DNA of 64,000 bases from an uncultured Syntrophobacteraceae bacterium (GCA_964572145.1 CAZNES010000013.1:6529-70528); one strand, 5' to 3'. Positions 28,118 to 38,270 are shown, numbered from the stretch's first letter. The notes: a model not told the origin generated them from the letters alone. A program made the numbers and translations.

Positions 28118-28882
28118 CTAGGTGGTGCTGGCGAATCCGCCGTCGATGATGATGATCTCGCCGGTGACGAAGCGGTTGCCGAGGATGAGACTCATCATGG
28201 TCTCGGCGACGTCCTCCGCCGTGCAGCAGCGCTTGAGCGGCGTGTACTTCGCGCGCCGCGCCATCAGCCCGTCGTAATTTTCCGCCAGGGTTCGCTTCAT
28301 CCAGTCTCCCTCCATCCATCCCGGCGCAACGGCATTGACGCGGATCTCGGGCCCCAGCGCGTTGGCGAGCGTCTTGGTAAGATTGGCGATGGCGGCTTTG
28401 CTGGCGGCATAGGGCAGCGGCTGCGCGCTCGGGCGCAGGCCCGCGATGCTGCATGTGTTGACGATGCCGGCGTTCGGCGATTTTTTTAGCAGCGGCACGG
28501 CGGCCCGGGTGACGAGAAACAGCCCGAGCACGTTGACGGCGAAGACGCGGTTCCAGTCTTCCACTTTCACTTCGTCCAAATTTTTGGGCTCGACATCGAT
28601 CGTCGTTCCCGCGTTGTTGATCAGCACATCGAGACGGCCAAATTTCTTTTCTGTCGCCGCGAGCATGGCGCGCACGCTCGCATCATCGCTCACGTCTGAG
28701 CGATAGAGCAACGTCCGCGCGCCCGCTGCTTCGGCATCCCTGGCGGTGGCCTTGGCCGCGTCCTCACTGCGGCTGAAGTTGATCACGACGTCATAGCCGT
28801 TTTTGGCCAGTGCCAGGGCAGCGGCCCGTCCGATTCCCGTAGCCGCGCCGGTAACCAATCCTACGGGTCTATCGCCGCTCAT
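28118..28882 (-). CDS. SDR family oxidoreductase
   Basis: TGAATGIG, NNAG, YAASK. Confidence 0.93.
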   Translation of the reverse strand: MSGDRPVGLVTGAATGIGRAAALALAKNGYDVVINFSRSEDAAKATARDAEAAGARTLLYRSDVSDDASVRAMLAATEKKFGRLDVLINNAGTTIDVEPKNLDEVKVEDWNRVFAVNVLGLFLVTRAAVPLLKKSPNAGIVNTCSIAGLRPSAQPLPYAASKAAIANLTKTLANALGPEIRVNAVAPGWMEGDWMKRTLAENYDGLMARRAKYTPLKRCCTAEDVAETMMSLILGNRFVTGEIIIIDGGFASTT

Positions 28883-29862
28883 GGGTTCAGCCTCAGGAGC
28901 CGTTCGACGTTTTTCCCCAAAATCTTCTCCTTCTCCTCGTTAGATATATCCATCTCTTCGATACTGGGGACGGCGGCCTCGAGGTCGCCGATCGGGAGCG
29001 GGAAGTCGCTGCCCATGACCATCCTGTCCGCGCCGAAAAATTCATACGCCATCATGAGAGCCGGCTGGTAGAAGCATACGGCATCGGTATGCAGCTCCTT
29101 CAAATATTCCGAGGTCGGTTTCTTCGTCTTAATGCCGCAGGTCGGATCATGGTATCCGCGGTCGATCCTGGCGGCGAGAAACGGTATTCCGGCGCCGAGG
29201 TGAGCGATGACGAATTTCAGCTCGGGGAACCTTTCGAGAATTCCGGAATAGGCGAGCCTCGTCGCGGAAAGCATGATGTCGAATTCGAAACCGAGAATGA
29301 TCGCCAGCCGCCATTCCTTCATGACCTGGGCGCCCACCGGAGTCGTCGGGTGAATGAAGATCGGCACACCCAGCGATTGCGCTCTCTCGTAGACCGGCAG
29401 CAGAAAATCAGCATCGGAAGTTTGACCGGCTATATTGGTCAGCATGCAGATGCCTTTGAGTCCGAGATCGAAAATCGCCCTGTCGAGCTCTTTCAAGGCG
29501 AGCTTGGTGTCGATCAAGGGAAGCATGGCGAGAGCCTGAAAATGTTTCGGGTACTTCTTGACGACTTTCGCCAGGCCGTCGTTGATGACGCGGCTCATCT
29601 CGGCGCTCTCATCGGGAGAAAACCGGTCGACGCCGGGGTGAGGCGTCGTCAAGATCTGCATGTCGATCCTGTTCCGCTTGATTTTGTCCAGCCGCACTTC
29701 GATATCGAAAAAATCCTCGGTCACGGGGCCGGCTTTAGCGCCCATGCTCAGGATGATCCTCTCGCCCTTTTCGTTCTTCTCGATCCTCACGTCGCCTTTG
29801 GAGGCTTCGAGCCGCTTCAAATATTCTTCGGGATAGAGATGGCAGTGAAAATCGATGTGCAT
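28879..29862 (-). CDS. Amidohydrolase_2 (ACMS/aryl-carboxylate decarboxylase-like)
   Basis: IDFHCH, IFIHP, IAHLGAG, MGSDFP. Confidence 0.88.
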   Translation of the reverse strand: MHIDFHCHLYPEEYLKRLEASKGDVRIEKNEKGERIILSMGAKAGPVTEDFFDIEVRLDKIKRNRIDMQILTTPHPGVDRFSPDESAEMSRVINDGLAKVVKKYPKHFQALAMLPLIDTKLALKELDRAIFDLGLKGICMLTNIAGQTSDADFLLPVYERAQSLGVPIFIHPTTPVGAQVMKEWRLAIILGFEFDIMLSATRLAYSGILERFPELKFVIAHLGAGIPFLAARIDRGYHDPTCGIKTKKPTSEYLKELHTDAVCFYQPALMMAYEFFGADRMVMGSDFPLPIGDLEAAVPSIEEMDISNEEKEKILGKNVERLLRLNP

Positions 29863-29927
29863 GGTTTATTCCCCCGAGCCTTCACGCGGATTTCCGTGAA
29901 GAAAGCGTCCAGGCCCGACAGCGAGCG

Positions 29928-29957
29928 AGAATAACCTCCGGCAATCTTGCGTGTCAA
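29928..29957 (-). promoter_or_regulatory. Sigma70-like promoter
   Basis: TTGACA-18 nt-TATTCT, same hexamers and spacing as at 22318. Confidence 0.5.
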
Positions 29958-30007
29958 GCGTCGGTAACTTGTGCGCGAAAAGATTCAGCGTCGGGGCTGA
30001 TCGCCGT

Positions 30008-30756
30008 TCAGTAGCGATGAAGAATCCGGATCGTTTGCGAATAGAAGTCGTCGAGCGTGCCGTAAACCGCCTGATGAATTTTTAGCGGGCGCAGGTGGGC
30101 CACCGGATCGTCGCCGGGATCGGGAAACGAAAGCGTTCCTGAGCCGCCGCGAAAATCCAATTTTCCAAACGAGAAGTCGAGGTCTCCAGATAGGCGACCT
30201 CGCGCTTGCGCCCGTCCAGAGCGGGAATTTCTTTGTAAAGGATGATCGGCAGGAAATCGAGCGACGTAATTGCAGCGCCGCCGACTTCTGCCGTGGCGGC
30301 GATGATCTCACGACCGCTGCGCCTCACGCTCGCGCTCACCTTGCCCTCCCACTCGCTCAACGTCGTCTCGCCGAGCACCGCCGGCCATCCTTGCACTTCA
30401 CGGTAACACGCCAAGCTCGCATCCGTGCTCGTGTACAGGTAGGGGACGAACTGGCCGGTGTATTTGCCGTAGCGCACCGGAATGCACGGCATCGTGAAGT
30501 TATGCGCTCTGATGCCGGTAATGTTCGGGCAATCGAAAAAGCACATCACTACCGTGTTCCCCTCGAGCGGCTCCAATTCTCGCGGCAGGACTTCCCGGAT
30601 TGCTTCTTCATCCGACTCGTAAATCACGACAAGGCAGCGGTCGTTCTTGTATTGATACGGTCCCAGGCCGTAGAGCGGCTTCAGCAGCGGCAGGCCACGC
30701 GGGTTCGTTCCGCCGAGATCGATTTTGCCGCGGCGCGGGTTGTTTTTTGTTTTCAT
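30008..30756 (-). pseudogene. Acetoacetate decarboxylase-family gene with a 1-nt frameshift
   Basis: ADC-like N-terminal part (REVQGWP); the plausible C-terminus LDFRGGSGTLSFPDPGDDPVAHLRPLKIHQAVYGTLDDFYSQTIRILHRY* continues in another frame after ~30160. Confidence 0.7.
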
Positions 30757-30800
30757 TTAAAGTTCGGCGAGGAAGATCTTTTTTCCGCGGAGCGTAACCG

Positions 30801-32099
30801 ATGCGACTGTGGCATGTAAACATAGTTAGGCGCGGAAATCGACATGGAAAGAGTTCCATGCTAAATTTACTAGGATCGGAGGTTGCCGTGCGCAGTATTC
30901 CAAACGAATGGTACGCGATTGTCGGGGCGGGTGTGGCGGTTTTGCTGGTGTTGAGTTTGCGGGAGGACGCCCTTGTGGGGCGGCCGGAAGCGGGCGAGCC
31001 CGAAGGTAGTCCCCCACCGCGAGCCGTACAAACGGTGCCGGGGATGCCGCCGGTGGTCGACGCGGCGAATCTCTACAGCGAAACCGACGCGGGAAAATTC
31101 AGCCCCGCGGTCGCTGGCGCGCTGCCGCGCGTCTACGTTCCCAACCGCGCGTCGAACGACGTGTACGTGATCGATCCAGCGACGCTCAAAGTAATCGATC
31201 GCTTCCCGGTGGGCGTGCACCCGCAGCACATCGTGCCGTCGTGGGACCTGAAAACGCTATGGGTCAACAACAACGCCGAAGGGCGCCCGGACGGGAGCCT
31301 GACGCCGATCGACCCGACGACGGGCAAGCCGGGAAAAGCCGTTTCCGTGGACGATCCCTACAACATGTATTTCACTCCCGACGGCCGCTCGGCGGTCATC
31401 GTGGCCGAAGCGCACAAGCGACTGGATTTTCGCGACCCGCAAACGATGGCGCTGGAGAGCTCGCTGCCGGCGCCGGAATGCGCCGGCATCAATCACGCGG
31501 ATTTTTCCATCGACGGCCGCTTCGCGATCTTTACCTGCGAATTTTCGGGCAGCGTGGCGAAGATCGATTTCGTGGAGCGCAAGGTTGTCGGCTATCTCAA
31601 GCTGTCGCGCGGCGGCATGCCGCAGGATGTTCGGGTTTCGCCCGACGGTTCGACTTTCTACGTCGCCGACATGAAGGCGGGCGGCGTGTTTCTAATCGAC
31701 GGCGATAAGTTCAGGGAGACCGGCTTCATCGCGACCGGCACCGGCACGCACGGCCTCTACCCGAGCCGCGAGGGGACCAAGCTTTATGTGGCCAATCGCG
31801 GCTCGACGAAAATAAGCGGGCGACCGCGCGGCAAAGGCAGCGTATCGGTGATCGATTTTGCAACGCGCAGGATCGTGTCGACGTGGCCCATTCCCGGCGG
31901 CGGGAGTCCCGACATGGGCAACGTGAGCGCCGATGGAAAGTCGCTGTGGCTCTCGGGCCGCTATGACGACGTCGTCTACGTCATCGACACGACGACGGGC
32001 GCCGTGACCAACATTCCCGTCGGCGACGAGCCGCACGGCCTCACGGTCTGGCCGCAACCGGGACGCTACTCGCTGGGACATACCGGAAACTTGCGCTGA
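30801..32099 (+). CDS. YncE/YVTN beta-propeller repeat protein
   Basis: VYVPNRASNDVYVID, LYVANRG, VSVID, IPVGDEPHG repeats; true start probably near 30888. Confidence 0.85.
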   Translation: MRLWHVNIVRRGNRHGKSSMLNLLGSEVAVRSIPNEWYAIVGAGVAVLLVLSLREDALVGRPEAGEPEGSPPPRAVQTVPGMPPVVDAANLYSETDAGKFSPAVAGALPRVYVPNRASNDVYVIDPATLKVIDRFPVGVHPQHIVPSWDLKTLWVNNNAEGRPDGSLTPIDPTTGKPGKAVSVDDPYNMYFTPDGRSAVIVAEAHKRLDFRDPQTMALESSLPAPECAGINHADFSIDGRFAIFTCEFSGSVAKIDFVERKVVGYLKLSRGGMPQDVRVSPDGSTFYVADMKAGGVFLIDGDKFRETGFIATGTGTHGLYPSREGTKLYVANRGSTKISGRPRGKGSVSVIDFATRRIVSTWPIPGGGSPDMGNVSADGKSLWLSGRYDDVVYVIDTTTGAVTNIPVGDEPHGLTVWPQPGRYSLGHTGNLR

Positions 32100-32117
32100 G
32101 GGTTCTTTGACCGGGAA

Positions 32118-32148
32118 ATTCAACATTCATAATTCATCATTCAACATT
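32118..32148. repeat. Heptamer tandem repeat (ATTCANN x4)
   Basis: ATTCAAC ATTCATA ATTCATC ATTCAAC; overlaps the LLM stop codon. Confidence 0.65.
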
Positions 32149-33153
32149 TCTTCGAAGTGCCGGCATCACGTCTCGGGCGAACAACTCGACGGAGCGCAAC
32201 GACTCGACGAGCGAAAGATCACCGAAGGCGAATTGGCCGACGAGATAATTCGCCGCCGACTCCGCGAGCTGCTTTTCGAAAAACGCCCGCACTTGAGCCG
32301 GATCGCCGGCGACGCCTTCGCCGCGCTCGACGATCTCATCGAAGAGTGGCGGTCGCGGGTGCACCGGCGCCCCGCCGTAAACCGTATATAAATGATAAAA
32401 ACTCCGGCGCCAGATCGGATAAGCACGCCGCGCCGCCGCCAGTGCCGCCGCGCTTTTGTCCGCGACGACGACGAAGCGGCTGAGACCGATCTTCGGCATC
32501 GCGGCTTGATCGCCGCTGGTCTCGCGCCAGGTTTTGCGATAGACGTCCGCGAAGCCGCGGGTTTTTTGCGCGCTGTCGAGGCTCACGATGTGAAGTCCGC
32601 GGCGCGCCGCGCGCTCTGCGCTCTCGACCGAGTGAACTCCGTACCAGACCGGCGGATGGGGCTTTTGCAGCGGCTCAAGCTCGATCGGAACGTTATCGAA
32701 AGTAAAAAACTCGCCGCGGAAATTCAGCCGCTTCTCGGACAGTCCCTGAAGAATAATTTCCAGCGCCTCGACGTAAACGCGCTCGCGCTCCTCGGGATTC
32801 CGGCCGTAAAACGCGACTTCTTTGGAAGACGCGCCGCGGCCGAAGCCGATCTCGAGCCGGCCGCCGCTCATCTGATCCAACATGCAGATTTCTTCGACGA
32901 GCCGGAGCGGATGATGCAGCGGTAGCGCATAGACGAGCGGACCAAAGCGAAGCCGGCGCGTGCGCTGAGCGACGGCGGCGAGAAAGACACTCGGCGCCGG
33001 CGCCATGCCGATCGGCGTGCCGTGATGCTCGGCCAAATGATAGGCGAAGAAGCCCGCGCGGTCATAGGCCTCGACGAGCTTGAGCCGCGCTTCGTAAAAT
33101 TCTTGCAGCGGTAGGTTGCCGCGGTCGAGATGATCGAAGATGCCGAATTCCAT
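32137..33153 (-). CDS. LLM-class flavin-dependent oxidoreductase
   Basis: MEFGIF, AEHH, LDQMSGGRLEIGFGRG, PLQKPHPP. Confidence 0.92.
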   Translation of the reverse strand: MEFGIFDHLDRGNLPLQEFYEARLKLVEAYDRAGFFAYHLAEHHGTPIGMAPAPSVFLAAVAQRTRRLRFGPLVYALPLHHPLRLVEEICMLDQMSGGRLEIGFGRGASSKEVAFYGRNPEERERVYVEALEIILQGLSEKRLNFRGEFFTFDNVPIELEPLQKPHPPVWYGVHSVESAERAARRGLHIVSLDSAQKTRGFADVYRKTWRETSGDQAAMPKIGLSRFVVVADKSAAALAAARRAYPIWRRSFYHLYTVYGGAPVHPRPPLFDEIVERGEGVAGDPAQVRAFFEKQLAESAANYLVGQFAFGDLSLVESLRSVELFARDVMPALRRNVE

Positions 33154-33224
33154 GCCGTGCTCCGAGTCCGTTGAAGAATGCTATACAATAAGAGCGGCTT
33201 TTGCGAAACTCTGAGGAGCGCCGT

Positions 33225-33776
33225 TCAGAAAGTTACGCTGCCCTGCGGCGCCGCCACGTCGAATCCGTTCACGAGCAATCCAACCAGGCTGTAGTGGCCG
33301 GTGAGCGCGACCGTCTCGATGAGCTGTTGGCGCCCCAGCTCGGCCAGCGCACGGGCGAATAATTCATCTGACATCCGACGCTCGCGGAGCAGCGCCCGCA
33401 CGGTTTCCACGAGCAGCCGCTCGCGCGGCGTCAGTCCGTCCAACGAACCATTGGCGCGCACGATCTCGATCGCCTGCGTTCGCGTGCCTATCTCGCGCCC
33501 CCGGACCTCGTGCCGCGTCCATGGGTAGCGCGCGCCCGTCTCGCGGGCGGTGGCCAGGATCACTAACTCACGGTCCTGCGGCGGCAGCGCCGCGTCGTAG
33601 CGAAAGTAATCCTCCAGCGCCGCCACGCGGTCGGCGAGGGCCGGCAAGTGCATCAACACCCCGAACGGGCCGCCCGCTCCGGTACGCACGCCGACGCGGA
33701 CGGCTGCGATGCGGTCCCAAATTTGCTGATGCTCCGGCGACAGCTCGTCGCGTGTAATGGCTGGTAATCGGCTCAT
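33225..33776 (-). CDS. Carboxymuconolactone decarboxylase family protein
   Basis: GPFGVLMHLP, RELVILATARE...YPWTRH, TGHYS. Confidence 0.82.
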   Translation of the reverse strand: MSRLPAITRDELSPEHQQIWDRIAAVRVGVRTGAGGPFGVLMHLPALADRVAALEDYFRYDAALPPQDRELVILATARETGARYPWTRHEVRGREIGTRTQAIEIVRANGSLDGLTPRERLLVETVRALLRERRMSDELFARALAELGRQQLIETVALTGHYSLVGLLVNGFDVAAPQGSVTF

Positions 33777-33799
33777 GGCTCCTCCCTATGTACGAATGA

Positions 33800-34831
33800 T
33801 CATTCTCCGACAAACTTTCTGATGCCTGCGATCACTGCGGGCGGCTGGACGGTCACTTCTTTCGCCAGACTCTCAAGCTCCTCTCCGGTGAGCAGCTCCG
33901 GCTCAAGCCCTCTCTTTTTGGCTTCAGCTACGAGAGCTGCATCATTAAACGCCATCGCGTACGCGGCGCGCAGCGCCTTGACTCGATCTGCGGGAATTCC
34001 CGGAGAACCGATCGTCGGGCAACTGCCGAATTCACCCGAGCCCAACATGACCGTAGCCAGACGCCGGTCAACGTCCGCGGTTTGATACTGATCCATCAGC
34101 TCACTCAGCAGCGGCGTATCGGGCAGCCGCGCGTCCCGTTTCCTCCCGGTTTGCACCAAGACCCGAACCTGTCCCTTGCTGCGCCAGGTAGGGAACGGCT
34201 CGCGCCCGAAAAAGACCTGAATCGTAAAGGCGCGGCACTGGACTTCGCCGCGCTCAACCGCCAGCTCGATGTCGGCGCCCCCTTGATAGCCGGTCACGAG
34301 GTTGAATTTCGTGCCGATGTTCTGTTCGAGCAATTTCGGCATGTAGTATCCCGTATTGCCGGTGCCGGTGGCGCCGCACTTGGGCGGCACGGCGGCGTTG
34401 CGGACATCGTGGATGGTCTTGTAAGGAGTGTTGGCCCACATGTAGAGCATGGCATTCGTTCGCGTCGAGCTGCCGATCCAGGCGAACTTGGACCAGTCGA
34501 ACTGGACCTCTTTGTGTCCCAGGACCTGTTCGAAATAGAGCGCGGCGTTGACGACTCCGAGGGTCAGACCGTCGGGCTTCGCGACGCCGTAAACGTAATT
34601 GGCCGCCACCAACGAGCCCGCGCCGGTCATGTTTTGCACGATGACGGCGGGATTTCCCGGAAGATAATTGCTCAGGTGGGGAGCGATCAATCTCGCCCAC
34701 TGATCGTGCGAGCTGCCCGCCGGATATCCGACGACGATTCTTATCGTCTTTCCCTGAAAGAAAGGCGCCTGCGCCCCGAGTTCGGAATTCCATAGCACAA
34801 AAACCAGCAACCAGAAGGTTAAACTTTTCAT
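33800..34831 (-). CDS. Tripartite tricarboxylate transporter substrate-binding protein (TctC/Bug)
   Basis: GKTIRIVVGYPAG, NMTGAG, KPDGLT, GYQGG. Confidence 0.9.
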   Translation of the reverse strand: MKSLTFWLLVFVLWNSELGAQAPFFQGKTIRIVVGYPAGSSHDQWARLIAPHLSNYLPGNPAVIVQNMTGAGSLVAANYVYGVAKPDGLTLGVVNAALYFEQVLGHKEVQFDWSKFAWIGSSTRTNAMLYMWANTPYKTIHDVRNAAVPPKCGATGTGNTGYYMPKLLEQNIGTKFNLVTGYQGGADIELAVERGEVQCRAFTIQVFFGREPFPTWRSKGQVRVLVQTGRKRDARLPDTPLLSELMDQYQTADVDRRLATVMLGSGEFGSCPTIGSPGIPADRVKALRAAYAMAFNDAALVAEAKKRGLEPELLTGEELESLAKEVTVQPPAVIAGIRKFVGE

Positions 34832-34859
34832 GGTCCGTCCTTATAATTGTCTACAGCCT

Positions 34860-35429
34860 CTACTTGCGGCTTTGCCGGAATTTCTCCCACGCGGCGATGC
34901 CGATTTTGACGGCCTCCACGTCGCCGTCGCCGCCGTGTCCGGCGCTGCCGACGTCGCCGACGATGCGGCCGTTGACAATGAGCGGGAAGCCGCCGCGGAT
35001 CAGCAGAATCTCTCCCTGAAGCATACTGAGCGCGCTCAAAAAGCGCTGCGGATTTATTTTGTACTGATCGGAAGACTCGGCGGTGGTTTGCTGCAGCGCC
35101 ACGGCGCCCACCGCCTTGCCGACGGCGAATCGTGCGAAGAAGCTCGACGTCCCGTCCATGCGATCCATCGAGACGAGGTTACCGTTGTCGTCCACGACGG
35201 CGATGGCGGCATGCGCCTTATCCGAGCGCACGCGCCCGACGGCCGCGTCGATGATGATCCGCGCTTCTTCCAACGAAAGCGAGCTGGCGGCGTCGATGCG
35301 CGGCCGCGGCGCGGATGCCGCGGCACTTTCTTCCGCAGGTTTTTCTTGCGCGATGGCAATCGTGCCCACGAACGTCGCGACCAGGATCATCGCTACTCCC
35401 GGCCACATGGAAACATTTTTTTTATTCAT
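34860..35429 (-). CDS. GlcG/HbpS-family heme-binding protein
   Basis: AIAVVDDNGNLV, RMDG, GKA, GGFPLIVNG, VGSAG; signal peptide. Confidence 0.85.
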   Translation of the reverse strand: MNKKNVSMWPGVAMILVATFVGTIAIAQEKPAEESAAASAPRPRIDAASSLSLEEARIIIDAAVGRVRSDKAHAAIAVVDDNGNLVSMDRMDGTSSFFARFAVGKAVGAVALQQTTAESSDQYKINPQRFLSALSMLQGEILLIRGGFPLIVNGRIVGDVGSAGHGGDGDVEAVKIGIAAWEKFRQSRK

Positions 35430-35450
35430 CTTCCTCCCTCCGAGGAACAT

Positions 35451-35474
35451 GTAGGGGCGCGATTCATCGCGCCC
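35451..35474 (+). repeat. GTAG-class REP element
   Basis: GTAG followed by the perfect hairpin GGGCGCGA-TTCA-TCGCGCCC. Confidence 0.7.
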
Positions 35475-35483
35475 AACTAAGTC

Positions 35484-36506
35484 TCAATTCGGCTCGAACG
35501 CGTCTACGATCGCAGTTGTGCCCGGCGCGCGGCCGCCCTGGACGATGCTGCCGCCGGGCAGGTAGATGCGGCCGGCGACGACGGCGGCGCCGATCGCGTG
35601 GCGCCCGAGCGGCATCGGCGCGAGTTGCGTCCATGTGTCGCGGGCGGGATCGTAGAACTCTACCTGATTAAAAGTTCCCAGCGATGTGTTGTCGGGGTTG
35701 CCTTCGCCGCCGAAAACATAGAGGCGATTGTTGACGACCGCGGCGGTTCCGCCGGAGCGTCCGGTAGGCATCGGGGCGCGCTCGGTCCACGCGCGCGCGG
35801 CGGGATTGAATTCCTCGATGTTTTGCAACGTGTAGTTGGGCCGGTCGCGTCCGCCGGCGGCGTAGACGCGCCCGCCGATCGCGCCGGCGACGAGGTGATC
35901 GCGCCGGTAGCGCAGCGGCGGCAGAACCTCCCAGGCATTCGTTTTTGGGTCATAAACCGCGACATCAGCTACAGGCTCGTAAGATATTGATTCTACTAGA
36001 TCCCTGAAGCGCTCGCCGCCCATGGCGTAGATCCGGCCGTCACCCACGGCGACTGCGAGAGCGCCGCGCGGCGTCGGCAGCGGCGCGCGCTTCTCCCAGC
36101 GGTCGCTTGCCGGATCGTATTGCCAAACGGAGTTCACCGGAACGCGTTTAGCGAAGGTGCCGCTGAAGCCGCCGACAACGTAGATTTTTCCGTCCGCTGA
36201 CGCGACGCTGTGGTGATGCATCCCTTCGGGAATCGGCACGGCCTGTTTCCACTTGTTTGCGGCCGGGTCGTAGACTTGCACCAGCGTGCTTGGGAGAGTA
36301 TCGGCGCCGTAGCCGCCGATGATGTAAATCATGTTGTCGAGCGCGCCGATGCCGGCCTCCTGCCGCGGCTCGGGCATCGCGCCGGCGAGACTCCAGACGC
36401 CGCCTTTCGGCGGTGCGGCTGGAGTTGCGCCGTTGGCCGCAGCTCCCGCCCGGCAAAGGCCCAACGCCGCAGCGAGTATCAACATAGTCCTGAATCTAAA
36501 TTCCAT
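35484..36506 (-). CDS. Secreted Kelch-repeat protein
   Basis: Six xYxxGG...YDP...W repeats; signal peptide; start reset to MEFRF. Confidence 0.9.
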   Translation of the reverse strand: MEFRFRTMLILAAALGLCRAGAAANGATPAAPPKGGVWSLAGAMPEPRQEAGIGALDNMIYIIGGYGADTLPSTLVQVYDPAANKWKQAVPIPEGMHHHSVASADGKIYVVGGFSGTFAKRVPVNSVWQYDPASDRWEKRAPLPTPRGALAVAVGDGRIYAMGGERFRDLVESISYEPVADVAVYDPKTNAWEVLPPLRYRRDHLVAGAIGGRVYAAGGRDRPNYTLQNIEEFNPAARAWTERAPMPTGRSGGTAAVVNNRLYVFGGEGNPDNTSLGTFNQVEFYDPARDTWTQLAPMPLGRHAIGAAVVAGRIYLPGGSIVQGGRAPGTTAIVDAFEPN

Positions 36507-36729
36507 GGATCTTCTCCTTTCATCCCCCCGGCGGCGAACACGAACCGCAGGGCGCAGCCGCTTACGAGCGGACACTAATCAATTGAATGCGGCGATGTCA
36601 ACTTGCTTCCCGGTCGGTGCATGACCGGCGCCCCGGCTTGACACGATTGTTTTGTGCGAGGATTTTGTCCGGTAATTTCTGGTTGTTGACGGAGAAACTT
36701 TATGGTTAGCGGGCAGTGTCGCTTGAGCT

Positions 36730-37119
36730 TCAGCGCCCGATCAAGCGCCGAGTTTCTTTCCGCCGGCCCCATGCTACGATCGCCATCGCGATCAAAAGAC
36801 CTGCGGGGATCGCCGGGCTGCCGCCGATGATAAAGAGGTGCGTCAGAATGGCGCCGATCATCGTGGGAACGAGAATGATAGCGCCGAGACCCGCGAGTCC
36901 GGGAGTCAAGAGCAGAATCGCCGATACGATTTCGATCAGACCGGTTGCGTAACGGAACCATTGTCCGAGACCGATGGTCTCGAACACCTGCGCCATTTGC
37001 TCATCTCCGATCAGCTTTGGAATTCCCGCCATGAAAAACATGGCGGCGCCGGCAATTTGCAGAATCCACAGCCCGACGTCTATGCCTCGGTTGATTCGCG
37101 GCGCGCTCGACCCGGTCAT
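36730..37119 (-). CDS. DoxX-family membrane protein
   Basis: WILQI...AGIPKL, FETIGLGQWFRYATGLIE, MIGAILTH. Confidence 0.88.
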   Translation of the reverse strand: MTGSSAPRINRGIDVGLWILQIAGAAMFFMAGIPKLIGDEQMAQVFETIGLGQWFRYATGLIEIVSAILLLTPGLAGLGAIILVPTMIGAILTHLFIIGGSPAIPAGLLIAMAIVAWGRRKETRRLIGR

Positions 37120-37138
37120 AAAACACTCGTCCGCGCGG

Positions 37139-38152
37139 TCAGAGCGCGACTCCCTCGACGATCGATATGTGCGTGTCGGTGCCGACGATGCCGGTGAGTT
37201 TGAATCCCGCGGCTTGGTAAAGCTTTTGAAATTCTTCCTGCGTGCGCTCGCGGCCGCCCTGGGTCATCACGAGCATCTCGAGATCGAGAAGCCTGGCGAA
37301 CTTCGACCCGGCGCCGCTTCCGAGCACGACTTCCGCTAGAAGAATTTTTCCGCCCGGCCGCATCGCACCGTGGCATTTGCGTAAAATCCGGATCGAGCGC
37401 TCGTCGTCCCAGTCATGGATAATATGCTTCAGGATGTACGCGTCGCCGCCCGGCGGCACGGCGGCAAAAAAATCGCCGCCGGCGACCTCGCAGCGGCTTT
37501 TCACCCCGTGTTGCGCCAGCAGTATTTGCGCCCCTTCCAGAACGTGCGGCATCTCGAACAGGATGCCGCGCATATCGGGATTCGCCTTGAGAATCGACGC
37601 CAGCAATAGGCCGTGGCCGCCGGCGACGTCGACGAGCTTGCCGATTCCGCGAAAATCATAGGCGGTGACGACGGCGGAGGTCTCGATCAGGCTGAGCGAG
37701 GTCATCGCTTCATGGAACGTCGCCGCGAGGTCCGGCTGCGAGGCCAGGTGATCGAAAAACGTTTTGCCGTAGAGCATGTCGAAAGCGGGAATGCCGGTTT
37801 GGACGCTCTTGGCCAAATGGTCCCAAGGGCGCCAGTCGGCTTCGTGTCCGAAAAACCGGGCGAGGCCGCGGACCGATCCCTCGGCGTCGCTGCGGAGATA
37901 AGTTCCCAGATCGGTCAACGCGAAGCGGCGCGGCGCGTTCTCCGTCAACAAGTTCAGGCCGGCCAGAGCGCGGAGCAGCCGGTAAGCGCCGTCTTCCGAC
38001 GCGCCGATTTTCGTGGCGATCTCGGCGCAGGGTCGCGGGCCGTCCTTCAACAAATCCGCGATGCCGAGCTCGGCCGCGGCCGAGATCGCCTGCGCCGCCC
38101 ACTTGCCTGCCATCATATCGAGGAGCATGGATGGATTGACTTGATTGGCCAT
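37139..38152 (-). CDS. SAM-dependent O-methyltransferase (Methyltransf_2)
   Basis: Dimerisation domain, VDVAGGHG, GDFF, IIHDWDD, GGRERT; start reset to MANQV. Confidence 0.92.
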   Translation of the reverse strand: MANQVNPSMLLDMMAGKWAAQAISAAAELGIADLLKDGPRPCAEIATKIGASEDGAYRLLRALAGLNLLTENAPRRFALTDLGTYLRSDAEGSVRGLARFFGHEADWRPWDHLAKSVQTGIPAFDMLYGKTFFDHLASQPDLAATFHEAMTSLSLIETSAVVTAYDFRGIGKLVDVAGGHGLLLASILKANPDMRGILFEMPHVLEGAQILLAQHGVKSRCEVAGGDFFAAVPPGGDAYILKHIIHDWDDERSIRILRKCHGAMRPGGKILLAEVVLGSGAGSKFARLLDLEMLVMTQGGRERTQEEFQKLYQAAGFKLTGIVGTDTHISIVEGVAL

Positions 38153-38234
38153 AGAAGTTGCCCTTCCTATCGAGTTGGTTGTCGTCCAATCTATCACGGG
38201 ATTCGATTCGCTCCAACAACACCGTCGCCGGCGG

Positions 38235-38263
38235 TTGACTTCTCTCGGTGCCGATTCTAACGT
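38235..38263 (+). promoter_or_regulatory. Sigma70-like promoter, possibly giving a leaderless mRNA
   Basis: TTGACT-17 nt-TAACGT ending 7 nt before the ATG at 38271; no SD. Confidence 0.45.
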
Positions 38264-38270
38264 TTCATGC

